Positions 1 through 11,852 of a stretch of DNA of 64,000 nt are shown in pieces. Position 1 is the stretch's first letter; each line of letters opens with the position of its first letter. Below the pieces are notes generated by a model, which was given only the letters and a program-made list of their open reading frames with translations, searched no databases and was not told where the DNA came from. The DNA is from Oopsacas minuta (lineage: Eukaryota > Animalia > Porifera): assembly GCA_024704765.1 (NCBI GenBank), contig JAKMXF010000033.1:372001-436000 (forward strand), read 5' to 3'. The position numbers and the translations under genes are program-made.

Positions 1-2874
1 ATGTCAGATTATCGGAACACCACGCCGCTCCTAGCTTCTTTTCGTAACGGACATTGTCATGTAGTAGACTGGCTGCTCAAACAAATAGGACACTTACCAT
101 CAGACGAGGAGTGCCGTAAAACTCTAACTCCATCATCTAGCAATAACGACAAGGAACTACAGAGTGCTAAGAACCGATGTATGGAGCTTATACGTAAAGC
201 TAAACATGCTCAGGAGAGAGCTGCCATGCATGTAGCTAAGATATTATGTGATGAAGTAGATGCTGAAAAAGAGAAGAGATTGAATAAACGTAAGGCTCAA
301 GCAAGGAAGAAATCTAAACGTAAAGAGAAGAGAAAATTAAAGAAAGAAGTTTCAACTGATGTCCAGCCTAAATCAGACCCAATCCCCTGTTCCCCTGGTA
401 TCCACCTGCCTAGTGCCATAGAGGAGCACACCTACTCAACCAGTGCTCCCGAGAAACTCTACCCCTCTCTAGCGATTTCTCTCCTCTCCTCTCCTCGTTC
501 CTCTACACCTCCTCATTACGCGATAGCTCCCAGGCAGGACTTCGTGCTAGCCGTTAGACATGCCTCCCCTCCTCCAACAGATTTCCAAGTAGCTCCTCTC
601 TTGACAGCGGTATCATCTCTAGAGTCTCTGGACACTGCTTCTGATCACGCCCCTATCCATCACCAGCGTGATAGCTCCTTCTCAGACTTTGAAGATTCAG
701 AGCTAAATCTTCCAGGTGATAATGACGACTACTATTCTAACGGGTCTAATTACTCAGATCCTCTTGATGCTCACAGCTCTCTTAACCCCAGCACCCCTAT
801 GAGCATATCAACAGCTCACAGGAATTACAGTCCTTCCCATTCACCTCTCAATTCTCTCAGTCGTATAACAGATCTAACTCCACCGGACTCTCCCGTCAGT
901 TCGACTAGGCTGACAAGTTACTCGCCCCCTAGGGCTAGCTACACCCCTCAAGATGAACCTCATCAGCTGTCTGTCAGATGTCAATTCCCTCCAACTTATA
1001 AACTAACCAAGTTAGACAGTCACGATTCTTCTGATAGCCAGTTTAGAAGCCGGCCTAATTCTCTCCGCTCCAATATCTCTTCTAGGTCACACAAACCTCG
1101 ACCAGAGATGTGGTCCCCTAAGAAGAAAGCTCCCCCTGCCCCGTGGAGCAAGCATTACCCATCTCTCCCTAACGACAACTGTGAGACACACCCCCATACA
1201 GCTGTCCAGGTCCCATCCCCCCTCAGTCCAGCTACATACTCACAAGTGACTAGCAACACCTTCTCTCATCGACCCTCTCCAGCTCTCTACCCAATCAGAT
1301 CCTTCCCGTCCCCCAGTAGACCCAGAGAGAAATACGTGAACGCTAGCCCCACCCCCAATTCACACCCTGAGAGCCGTACAGATAGTCGAGCCAGTGAAGA
1401 GGAGGGTGAGATCATGAAGGGGACCAAAAACCTCCATGTCTCCGTGTCCAATTCTCTAGTAGGCCGTATAATCGGTAAAGCCGGCAGCAGGATTAATCAA
1501 ATAACGAATATATCTGGAGCTCATATTCATGTATCCAGACCTAATACAAAAAGCCAGGAGAGAATAATCACTATAAAAGGTACAGATAAATCTATTGGGC
1601 TAGCTAAGCACCTGATTAGCGAAGCTCTAAGTACTCCAGATAAAGATGTGGACTTCCATCAGATCGTGGAATGTGACAAAATTAATGGGAGAGAAGAGGA
1701 TATATATGAGACACCTGATAAAGGATTAAACTTAGAAAATCCACACCTTAAATCCCTCACAAGTTCTCAAAGCAGTTTCACACAAGTACCGACAGAGGTG
1801 GAGCTGGAATCGGAACATGTACCTCCTGTAGAATCGACCCCTAACGAGGTGACAAGACAACAAGAGGTCCCTGACTCATGTCGTCCTACTTCTAACCCAG
1901 CTCCCGAAACTACTCCACTCTCAGAGCCAGCTCTCCTGCCCAGTAATCTTGAAACACAAAAAAGCTATGGGGCTATTGGACAAGAGGTCTGCTCCCGTTT
2001 TGGATCAACAACTTCACCTCTTGCTCCTCCTGAACCTCCTCTAAACCATCAGAACTCCTGTCCTCAGCACGCCCTATTTGACCCCTCTTTTGAGAGAGGT
2101 TTCGGAGCAATTGGAGCACCCCCACACCCTTATACACCCTCCCTACCCCCGGTCCATCCCTCCCGTCCCTTCATCAAAATGCACAAGAGATCAGAACCTA
2201 CTCTTGCTTACATGCAGAATGGTATCTTACCTCACCCTCACCCTCATCCAACCCTGCATAATTCTCTTTCAATAAGCCCCGAGCCTCTGGCTAGTCCTCT
2301 CCCAGGCCTCACATCTACTGTTTGGAACTTTGATAATCCTTCCCTCTCCAACCCTAACAGTGACATGGCCTGGTGGACTCCCCCCGGTCTCAATCTCAAC
2401 TCTAACAACCAATGGAATGGCACTCATCTGTCGAACGATAGACCAGAAAGGAAGGAGTCCCCTGAGAATAACAACCATGATAACGAAGGAGCAAATATTG
2501 AGTATCCTACCCGCCCCCCTAAGACCCGGACCTCAAACGGCCTGACCCCAGAAGCAGTCAGGAAACTGTTTAACACCGGTGACTGGGCCAGTAAAGACAG
2601 TAACGAGGGTGTCCCTGTGTCTCGTATTTTGAAGGAACTTGAGAAGAACTCTCTAGCCGAGTGTGATCCCGAATTAGAAAAACTTATCCTCTTACCAGAG
2701 GAGGAATGGAAGTTACTCGGTATACCAATTGGAAGACGTGTTAAACTACGTGCACTATCTCAGTCAGTGCATAAGCACCTACAAACTAAACCTGTTAATA
2801 ACAAGACCAACTTTAGAGAGGACGAGGGAGGTACACAAACGCACCCGTCTGTTACCACCAAGAAGAGACTATGA
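1..2874 (+). CDS. ANKHD1: 3' part (terminal exon, 5'-truncated by the window) of an ankyrin-repeat/KH-domain protein of the Mask/ANKHD1/ANKRD17 family, with a C-terminal SAM-like domain
   Basis: Opens with a final ankyrin repeat plus the Mask-specific helix (TTPLLASFRNGHCHVVDWLL...PSDEEC...RCMELIRKAK...ILCDEVDAEKE) and a basic stretch. Type-I KH domain follows (LVGRIIGKAGSRINQITNISGAHIHV...RIITIKG), then long S/P-rich disorder and a SAM-like end (LPEEEWKLLGIPIGRRVKL). The ATG at position 1 is probably an internal Met. Confidence 0.85.
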   Translation: MSDYRNTTPLLASFRNGHCHVVDWLLKQIGHLPSDEECRKTLTPSSSNNDKELQSAKNRCMELIRKAKHAQERAAMHVAKILCDEVDAEKEKRLNKRKAQARKKSKRKEKRKLKKEVSTDVQPKSDPIPCSPGIHLPSAIEEHTYSTSAPEKLYPSLAISLLSSPRSSTPPHYAIAPRQDFVLAVRHASPPPTDFQVAPLLTAVSSLESLDTASDHAPIHHQRDSSFSDFEDSELNLPGDNDDYYSNGSNYSDPLDAHSSLNPSTPMSISTAHRNYSPSHSPLNSLSRITDLTPPDSPVSSTRLTSYSPPRASYTPQDEPHQLSVRCQFPPTYKLTKLDSHDSSDSQFRSRPNSLRSNISSRSHKPRPEMWSPKKKAPPAPWSKHYPSLPNDNCETHPHTAVQVPSPLSPATYSQVTSNTFSHRPSPALYPIRSFPSPSRPREKYVNASPTPNSHPESRTDSRASEEEGEIMKGTKNLHVSVSNSLVGRIIGKAGSRINQITNISGAHIHVSRPNTKSQERIITIKGTDKSIGLAKHLISEALSTPDKDVDFHQIVECDKINGREEDIYETPDKGLNLENPHLKSLTSSQSSFTQVPTEVELESEHVPPVESTPNEVTRQQEVPDSCRPTSNPAPETTPLSEPALLPSNLETQKSYGAIGQEVCSRFGSTTSPLAPPEPPLNHQNSCPQHALFDPSFERGFGAIGAPPHPYTPSLPPVHPSRPFIKMHKRSEPTLAYMQNGILPHPHPHPTLHNSLSISPEPLASPLPGLTSTVWNFDNPSLSNPNSDMAWWTPPGLNLNSNNQWNGTHLSNDRPERKESPENNNHDNEGANIEYPTRPPKTRTSNGLTPEAVRKLFNTGDWASKDSNEGVPVSRILKELEKNSLAECDPELEKLILLPEEEWKLLGIPIGRRVKLRALSQSVHKHLQTKPVNNKTNFREDEGGTQTHPSVTTKKRL

Positions 2875-3696
2875 CAGAACATAACCTGTTCGCATTATTA
2901 CTATAGTCTCACATAGGTGGCTAGAACTAATTACATGTCGTAATTTAATTAATGTTTCCTGGCATCTTGTTCTGTAAATTATACTACATTATTTTCAGAT
3001 CTTCTGCCAAGGAAGCAGTTCAAATTCAGTATTCTATTTCTCAAGTTGAGCTCATCCATCTCTATGAAATATATTGTATAGAGCAGTTGTTCTCTACTGG
3101 CGTGTGGCAGCAAATATGTGTTTACTAATACGGTAGAACCTCGTTAATACATGCACGAGTGGACCTTCGAATTTTGTACTTCTTATCCGAATAACCGCAG
3201 CAATATCAATTGAAAAATCATTGTAGGGACCTGATTTTGTGCATCTATTTGTTCATGTTATCCAGAAATTCATATAAACCATGTTCGTACTATCTAGGTT
3301 TTACCGTATGTGGTATAATTCTGACACAGGGATTTTACAAAAAGAATTCACCCTTTGGTGTGCCGCAGTTCGAAAAGATTGAGAAATACTGCTATGAAGA
3401 GATGGATAGAGTTTAATTTCATATAACTATATGTAACTACTGTTGGCAAATTCTATTCAGGATTTTCAAACACAAATCATTTGATCTAACACCGGGACTG
3501 TTTGTAGTGCGTAGGGTAAATTCTATACTCTCGTAAATTATAATTATTTGTCGATTCCTAGCATTTCATTGTTATGGATTCCTAAACATCAGATATAAAA
3601 TATGACACGAGACTCTTAGATAATAGGTACATGATCTGATGGTATTATATATCATTTGGAGCGATGTTTCCTAAATACATTTTCACTTGAGAACCT

Positions 3697-5018
3697 ATGG
3701 AGAAGGAACATGAGTTTAGTACAATGGGTAGAATCATCCATTTCACCATAGTGCCATTGATTTTGGTCACCCTTGCTCCACCTTTCATTCTATTGCTGAC
3801 TTACACAATGTTTCATCTTGACTGGTCGTTCCCTGCTCTCCTAGACCAGATCATATCCAGAGAATTACACACTGTTCTCTACGAGCATTACAGCAGCATT
3901 ATATTTGGCACAACGAATGCATGGAAGTTGATCGGAATATTCTCATTATTACAGCTAATTTTAATGAGATTGCCCGGGAAAGCTTATGAGGCACCCATGC
4001 ACTCTAGTGGCCACATTCCCCGTTACGTCGACAACGGCTTGTATGCATACTTGATAACTTGTGCGCTGTTCTTCATCTGTTCATACGGACTGAATATATT
4101 CTCCCCCACCATACTTATTGATAAGTTCGAAGAGTTACTAACTACACTAAATATATTCGGTCTATTGTTCTGCTTATTTCTTTATATAAAGGTCGAATAT
4201 TCCCCAGTTCTTCTGAAAACGGTTCCTCTGGCAATTTCATATTCGACTACTACTGGGGCACTGATTTGTATCCTCGCATATTCGGTTGGGATGTTAAAGT
4301 GTTCACTAACTCACGTTTCGGTCTAATGTTCTGGCAAATTATGGTGTTCTCCTGCATGGCAAAACAATACGCTATCCAGGGCTATATAGCAGATTCAATG
4401 TGGGTATGTGGCATCCTACAAACACAGTATCTATTTAAGTTCTATGTCTGGGAAGAAGGTTATTTCAAGTCAACGGATATAGTAGTTGATAGAGCTGGTT
4501 TCTACTTGTGCTGGGGGTGTTTATCATTCCTGTTCGTTATATTTAACATCCCACATTGTTTCATGTATTCTCATCCAGTCCAATTAGGAACTCCTGTAGC
4601 AGTAGCTCTACTCATATCGGGGACATTTTGTATTTGGCTAACGTACTGGGTTGACCAGCAAAAAGTCATCGTCAGAACTACCCAAGGGAAATGTTTAGTT
4701 TTCGGTAAAAAGCCTGAAATGATACTAGCAAAATACAAAACAGTATCAGGTAAAGAGAAGACTAGTATCTTGTTGTGTAGCGGATTCTGGGGATTGAGCA
4801 GACAGTTCCATTTCCTACCAGAACTATTAGCGGGCTTATTATGGTCTCTACCAGCGAAATTCACTCACGTATTCCCATACATTTATATTGTAATTTTGCT
4901 ATTAATTATTGGACACAGGTCATTCAGAGATGAGTGGAAATGCTCTGAGAAGTATGGGAAATACTGGCAGCAATATTGCAAGAAAGTTCCTTTTAGGATA
5001 TTCCCGTATATCCTATAG
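3697..5018 (+). CDS. DHCR7: Sterol delta-7 reductase (ERG4/ERG24 family, DWF5-like type), intronless, split by an apparent 1-bp deletion at about 4189-4191
   Basis: ORFs 3697-4326 and 4266-5018 join to LYIK-GRIFPSSSENGSSGNFIFDYYWGTDLYPRIFGWDVKVFTNSRFG if one base is added at 4189-4191 (440 aa). Family motifs DRAGFYLCWG, LLCSGFWGLSRQFH and HRSFRDEWKCSEKYGKYWQQYCKKVPFRI are intact. Confidence 0.85.
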
Positions 5019-5460
5019 ACTTAGCGAGCTATTAGTTATTGTATTAGTTGATTCTTCGTTTTGCTTGTACGTTCTTATTGCTAGATTCTTCGTCGTATTA
5101 TTAGTTAAAATTTATTGTAGTATACTGATGTATGACAAAGTATTTATTATTCGTATTATTATTATTATTATTGCAGATATTTAGCACTGACACAATCAAG
5201 TGGGATGGAAATTTTTGATAATATCTACGATTGGGATATACAGCAACTTACGAGTATTATCAATAACACATAAACATTGAATAACAGGAAGATGTTTTAT
5301 TCTAACCGGTAACTTATACCTTAGATTAATACTATATTATTGTCTAATGTGTTATCAAACTAATTAATCACTTCATTATGAATAAAAACACTTATCAGGG
5401 AAAATTTTTGCATACTTCACTTTTCGCCCACTATTGTTATCCAACAAGCTACGATTCTAA

Positions 5461-7062
5461 TTAAGTTTTAGTTGAGTCTTCTGACATTTGATTTGACGAG
5501 CTTTTCTTGTCGATAAGGAATGTAGAAATATTTTCTCCGTTTTTCAGTTTCTTGGCTACAAGCAATAACTTCTTTCTATGTAGACTGCTCATTACTCCGA
5601 GTTCTTTCATCTCTTCCTCCTCGAGTTCTGCAAGGAGTTCTCCATTTACTCCCTCTTCCAGAAACCTATCAGCGTATTTGTCCAGTCTTAGGCGACACAA
5701 TAGCTCTGCCACCTCGTTATTCGTGATCTTGTAATATTCCTTTTTAAGATAACGTGATATTAGGGGGGAACTAGCTTGATCCTTGCCGCTTGCTTGCTTA
5801 TCCTCTTGTGAAGAGTCCAGATGATATGCAGGTAGCTTAGCGAATGGATTCTTGTCATCAATAATTTCATAGTACAAATTCTTTCCTGTACTGCTATCAC
5901 TTGATTCACTGGACTGTTTCTCTAGTTTTATTTCAGGCATACGATCTGTTTGAGACTGATCTTTGACTTCATAAATGAGTGTTTCTCCTCGCTTTATTTC
6001 GCTGTGATTGAAGTTATTCACCATATCCATATACTCCATTACATCAGGATGAGGCTGCGCTCTGAACTTATCAATATTTGAATTGTATTGGAAGGAGCAT
6101 CCAAAAGTTCGAACATTTTCATACTTCTGGTAAAAATCTTCCACCGTATTCACATCTTCCGTTACATTAGCTTTTCCAATCACTTGAACTTCTAGAGGGA
6201 GACTCTCTTCAATTGCAAACAGTTCACTAGAAATCTCCATGAAATCATCAGTATTATAATAGAACGTATTAGCAAGCACTACACCATGAGGTATTATCCC
6301 AGTGACTATGAAAGGGAGAACTTCCTTGTCTTTGTCTTTGAAGTGAAGCAGTACTCGCTGTGGATATACAAATTTCTCCTTTGCCTTCTTAACGGATTCA
6401 GGCTGTAGTGTAAGTACACAGCTAAAGTTGACTGGAATATTACGAGGAATTAAGAACTGGATAGGTTTGGAAGTATCCAATTTTTTCTCAGCAATAATAC
6501 CGTTCTTTGTCCGTTCTTTCAGGTCCAATATGTCTCCTTTCCCGATAACTACATTCCCTATTCTGAAGCTCCCCAGTGCAGTTATCCTTCTCGGCATTTG
6601 CTTCATGTTGTAAAGACTTTCTGCAGTATGCCAGTATGTTTTCTCAAACTCACTGCTTTCTGAGAGAACGGAAATATCTATATTATTCTTGTTATTTACA
6701 GCTATGGTCATCTCCTTCCCACTCACTGTGTTCCCTACGAGACTCAGCATATGATCCCTGTAGTATATAATCAACTCTTCGTCTATCGATAGACTGTCGT
6801 CTTCTTCAAGCCCATGGAACCCTATTGCAATCTTAACCGCTACTGGGAAGTGTTTTTCCATCTCCATTATGAAATTCTTAAGGCTATATCTTAAGCCGAG
6901 ATGATTTGGAATAGAACAAATGCTCTCTGTCCGTTTGATGCGTGTCGAATTTGTTTGTACAGTACGACGACGTAAAATCGCCATTTTTTTGTCCAACTTA
7001 TTGGTATCTCTTTTATTATTCCCGTTAGGGAATAAACATTCAGTTGATCCCATCGCTGCCAT
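5461..7062 (-). CDS. CABIT-like domain and C-terminal SAM domain adaptor protein (GAREM/THEMIS-like architecture)
   Basis: 533-aa single ORF. The N-terminal beta-rich region resembles CABIT (YSLKNFIMEMEKHFPVAVKI...MPRRITA...IPRNIPVNF). An acidic linker carries a Tyr motif (LYYEII). The SAM domain is clear (VAELLCRLRLDKYADRFLEEGVNGELLAELEEEEMKELGVMSSLHRKKLL). The CABIT call is by eye. Confidence 0.6.
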   Translation of the reverse strand: MAAMGSTECLFPNGNNKRDTNKLDKKMAILRRRTVQTNSTRIKRTESICSIPNHLGLRYSLKNFIMEMEKHFPVAVKIAIGFHGLEEDDSLSIDEELIIYYRDHMLSLVGNTVSGKEMTIAVNNKNNIDISVLSESSEFEKTYWHTAESLYNMKQMPRRITALGSFRIGNVVIGKGDILDLKERTKNGIIAEKKLDTSKPIQFLIPRNIPVNFSCVLTLQPESVKKAKEKFVYPQRVLLHFKDKDKEVLPFIVTGIIPHGVVLANTFYYNTDDFMEISSELFAIEESLPLEVQVIGKANVTEDVNTVEDFYQKYENVRTFGCSFQYNSNIDKFRAQPHPDVMEYMDMVNNFNHSEIKRGETLIYEVKDQSQTDRMPEIKLEKQSSESSDSSTGKNLYYEIIDDKNPFAKLPAYHLDSSQEDKQASGKDQASSPLISRYLKKEYYKITNNEVAELLCRLRLDKYADRFLEEGVNGELLAELEEEEMKELGVMSSLHRKKLLLVAKKLKNGENISTFLIDKKSSSNQMSEDSTKT

Positions 7063-8906
7063 TCTCCGTGCTCGTGCGTCTCCGAATTTTGTCGATGCTC
7101 TTCTGCCCAGAACCTATAAGTACATTAGATAAATTCTACTTAAATGCTTGCAATTGTTGTAACCGGAGACTCTTAGGAATTTTGCTTTGAAAGCATACTC
7201 CTATTCACAAAACATTTAATCTAGAATTTCATTCATAAACAACAAACCCTTATCATATCGTTTCTTATTCAGAATAATATCTTATTTGAAGGGAAAAATA
7301 TTGTGTATATTCGATACAATTATTAATATTTATACAAAATTAAGTCAGGTGCATAATATGATTGATATGTTCATTCGTTGTTATTACATATTAAATTAAG
7401 GTTTAATTAAACTAACTGACTTAAATCAAATTTCTTCCGAACTTACGTCAATACACTATAATTTTGCCGATCAAACTGTAGCATTGACTTTTTGGTGAGA
7501 GTTTAAATTTTGGAACAAATAAGATCATGAGATATGTTATTATGCCCGCCTACAGCTGTGATGCTCGCCCTCTTTAAGACTTAAATATTGCTTGACAATC
7601 AAAACAAGCGTACATTGTCAGCTTGCAGTTTAAACTCTGATTATTTTAATGTCATAGGTGGCGTTATTATGAATGCTCTGTGGGTATTTTGTCGGGTTTA
7701 ATTGTTCAGAAATTGGATACAGTTATAATATAAATCTATAATGTTATTTATCCGAGGTAGGCTCTAGCTTGATTCCTCTTAGCTCACCTGTGCATTGTAC
7801 TTAATTAAGTATTTGGTGAATGCTAGAAGAATTCAAGATTTAATTATTTCCCTAAACAACTTCTAAATATTTACTATTCTATGAATATATGTAAACAGAT
7901 ATGCAGATGTAATGTCTACAATGAAGTAACATGCAAATACCCAAAAATATTTTAAATATTCACCTCAATACTCGTACAATAGAGGAAAATTGAACTTGTA
8001 ATGATACCGAAAAATTTATCAGTCAATATCATATTTAAACTAAGAAGGTTCGATGTGTGTCCGCTCTCCTGTTCACACCTTTAGAGATTAAGACACCAAT
8101 TTTTCATGTATGCTCGTAGTGACACCTAGTTTTGCACCTGACATGTTTATGTAGATGTTGTCAGTCCTTTTCATTTTAGGCGTAGGCTGTTGGCAATTAG
8201 GAATAATGCTAATAGCATTCAGTTCTAGTGTAGTTTGTTACCGAACATTCATTCAATATGAAAAGCCGTAATACTTATTAGCAGTACAATAATCAACATG
8301 AATCTGATATAAGTACACACTGTAACTATTCAATTCACTCTTAATCGTTTCTTAATATTAACAAGGAGAAGATAGATTCATAATTCTGAATAGAAAATAA
8401 GTAATCAGTAAAGGTTACAAAAAGCACAAAGAAGCTATCTCGCTTAAATAGCAAATTACTTTTGTCCACCTTATAAAGCTCTCTTGGACATGATACCTAC
8501 TTAGCATGAACATGAACCTGGTTAATTAGTGGAATATTATGATTATGTCTAAAATGCTCTACTGAGGGAAACAATGCGATTATCCGTTTAGGTAACAGTT
8601 TACCAATTCCCTCAAGGCTATCGAATAGCGTAATCTTTACGATTACACTATTAAAATCGGTCTTAATATTAATGAACTTTGTAGGTGGTGGTTAATTCAA
8701 AGAATTATTCAATTTAAGTGAACAGCTGGTTAGTATTACAAGTCTTCACGAGTTTTTGGAACAAGAATGTTATTTTAGGATATTATCTTTTCAATTTAAG
8801 ATTGTTCACTACATTTAAAAAGATATCAAGTATGTAAATGCTCTTTCATCATTGATTATGATAGTTCCTATTGAAAATGCTATCGATTCAACATTGACTA
8901 TGAAAA

Positions 8907-9050
8907 CCCATAATGGCTTAATTATGGGGGCGCTGCATTAGGTCGAATTACGGTGTTGACATTAGGTCGAATTTAAAATGTATGCATTAGGTCGAATTAA
9001 GAAGTTGTGATAGATCGAATATATTTCAGCTATGTTGTCGATAGATCGAT
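8907..9050. repeat. Small hairpin followed by three exact 14-bp repeats (CATTAGGTCGAATT) and two degenerate copies, probably a transposon subterminal relic
   Basis: CCCATAAT/ATTATGGG inverted repeat at 8907-8928. Exact motif at 8936, 8960 and 8985 (period 24-25 bp). GATAGATCGA variants near 9009 and 9040. Confidence 0.6.
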
Positions 9051-11800
9051 ATAGAAAATGGATTTATAGAAACGAGGACGTGATAGGACATATTATTGTA
9101 TTAATTATAAACCCGTACCATTGGGAGGGGATTAAGGATTTTGTTCACTACCTTATCGGTCTGGGAGTTTTCATTTGTACTCGTTATTAAGCTACCTAGG
9201 GGCGGGGATGTGGAGTCCATGCTAATTTTGTGTTTGGATGGACCTTTGTTGGATTAATTATTAGAAAAGTTTGCAAAAATGGGGGATCGCTGGATTTTTT
9301 GCTTTTAAAACGTTTGTGCAGGTTTTTTGGAATTTTAAGGAAGCATTCAGTGATTCTCTGAATATGAATTGGCCTTAAAAAAGAGATATTCATAGTTAAT
9401 ATACATTCGCTCTATCGGCAACACAGCTAAAATAGAATTCTCCCTAATGCATGTGCCCCTTAATTATACAGGCAACATTATCTACATTTTCTCTATGCAA
9501 ACTCATATATGGTAAGCATTCAGATACCCCGTATAGTATTTACTGATAATATGCCCAGTATATTGTACTGTGAGGATAATACATGTATGGATAAATTGAG
9601 CAGACAGTCTCTCTTTCATATAATTATGGATTCACTTAGAGAAATATTGTCCAGACACAGTAACCTTATAATCGAATAAAATGACTTCACACTGCGTAAT
9701 CTACCAATTATCATGAATAATTCAATTGAACTATTATAAATCTTCTGCACTTGATGCAACGACAAATTTTTCGCATCAATATTTTAGTAAATAACCGGTG
9801 TTGCGAATCCTATTACAAATTTGTCCATTACACTAGCATTGCACAGTTCACAGAGGTATCTTTTACAATTCTTCTAATTTATATAAGAAATTCTTAAGAT
9901 CTCCCCTCTTCAAGTTGAGGCTTTGAGAGTATGTTTATCAAGAAATCTTAAAAGTTAACAAAGTACGTTGTTGTACTGTGCAGGTTCTACTCAGTGTACA
10001 TAGCACATTGAAAGAACGATTGTGGAATATTTTATAATTTACACTATAATAACTGATGGCGCGTACTCATGATTTGAGGGTAAGTCCCCGATTTATCTCC
10101 CTTCCCTTAATCATATGCACGAATATTAACCATAATTTCGAAGCCTATTCCGATAAAAGGTTGTGAACTTTCTCTTTTAATTCTATGATTAGACAGAATT
10201 ATAGATCTGGATAATCAGATTCCAGTCAATTCGGGAGACCTGGTTATGTAATCCAATAATATTGCTTCTATGTCTATACCTTTAACACACATATAATAAT
10301 ATTACCATTTTCATATCTTAGTGTGAATAATTAGACGTGTATATTCAATTAAATTGTACATATCCGCCACTTGTACATACTGAGACACATAAATAATAAC
10401 AAAACAGTTTTCCCTTTATACATATATGACAAAACATTATATACGTATAGTAGTAAATAAATATTCATATTTCTTGATACAGTTTGATATTGGTAGAGTT
10501 TGCTGTCCTAAATATCCCTAAACAGTGGAAACCGCCTATCACCAACTCCTATTTACAAGATTATTCCTTTCTAATACGCGAATTTGGCTATTATTCACAC
10601 TTATTACTATACAAAACTCCACTCTATGTTCATAAAAAATTTGCTAAAAGGCCGTTTACACTGTACCTTCATTTATATTGTCCTTATGTCCATATCAACA
10701 CATACTTTTGACTGTATTAAATAGGAAAATTACCATAAATATATCCATATAAGGTTATTTGTGGTGGTCTATACTTGTTCTAAATTCTTGTTGGAATTTA
10801 CTCTAACTTCCCAAAGATGGTATTAATGTGTAAATATTGATTAACAGCAAAATTGAATTATTATGTTTGACATAACCTAGCTTGATGATATCTTCATTGC
10901 TAAGATTACTAAATACTTTTTGCTTGTCCTTTCTAACCAAATCCAGTTTCTCTCAAGTTTAACAATTGTAAACTTGAGTTAACATTATTTAAGCATAAAA
11001 GGTCACTCATAAAATGAATTACATCTACATACTTAATTGCAGTATTAGAAGATTAGAATTTATAGAATTTTTATCATTTCTATCTTTCTAGCTAACTCTG
11101 AACTATTAATTCGTATTAAGAAGTGCATTTTCCTCATTTACATCCTTTCAAACAATAGAACGAATTATCTCTCTCCTATTCCCTTTTAAATACTAGTCAA
11201 CATTGTGTAGTGCTATTAAGTGCCATCTTATCCTAAAGCCATATATTGCTACCATGATCAAGTGAATGGCTAGTTGTGACCCATCTCTAGTTTTTGTTAC
11301 GAACTATATAAAGCTCTTTCAGTTTCAAAAATCAATTCGAATTATGCAATAATAAGTTTGTTCATCGAAATAAATATTAGAATTTGTTTTCCTATATACT
11401 TTAGGTAGATGCAGTTTGTAAATATTTGTTGTGATAATAGCGTCTGGAATTTATTTCTCTTGTTGTTGAGTTATTGAGTTATTGAGTGCAATACATTTAT
11501 ATTCTGAGATGGAGACTCAAGAAAATTATTTCTACATACCAGGTAACTGCTACGCGAAATTAGCACTTTTGTACAAAAATTTGCATTTTATCAGCTCGAT
11601 TTTACGCTTAATATATTAATTCCTATAAAATATTGAGATTAATTTTTCGCTAATTTTTGAATAAATAATGTGCCTTGAAAATATAAAAATTAATATTTTT
11701 ATCAAATAATATGACTGCTAAACTTGAATAATTTTAATTTCTAGTTTACTATTCCCGTTGTATCTTCTCTAACATTGCAGCTAGCACACACAATATTAAC

Positions 11801-11850
<50 letters not shown>
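11801..11850. repeat. (TAA)n microsatellite
   Basis: Direct reading of the sequence. Confidence 0.95.

Positions 11851-11852
<2 letters not shown>

Noticed and set aside
4186-4210. Tiny intron or programmed ribosomal frameshift to explain the DHCR7 break
   Set aside because: AAG|GTCGAA...CCCCAG would be a 16-nt intron that removes conserved residues and leads to a stop. There is no X XXY YYZ slippery heptamer.
3697-5018. Horizontal transfer of the DWF5-like reductase
   Set aside because: Base composition matches the neighbours, many native genes here are also intronless, and this subtype is probably ancient in eukaryotes. No support without a tree.
8936-9050. CRISPR-like repeat-spacer array
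   Set aside because: Repeats (14 bp) and spacers (10-11 bp) are far too short, there are only three exact units, no cas genes, and the context is eukaryotic.
9196-9393. 65-aa minus-strand ORF in a GC-richer patch
   Set aside because: No recognisable motif or splice partners. More likely a repeat fragment.
10740-11420. Possible decayed coding sequence on the minus strand (short open stretches such as EKLDLVRKDKQKVFSNLSNEDIIKLGY)
   Set aside because: Interrupted by many stops and I cannot assign a family. A TBLASTX/BLASTX search would be needed to call it a pseudogene.
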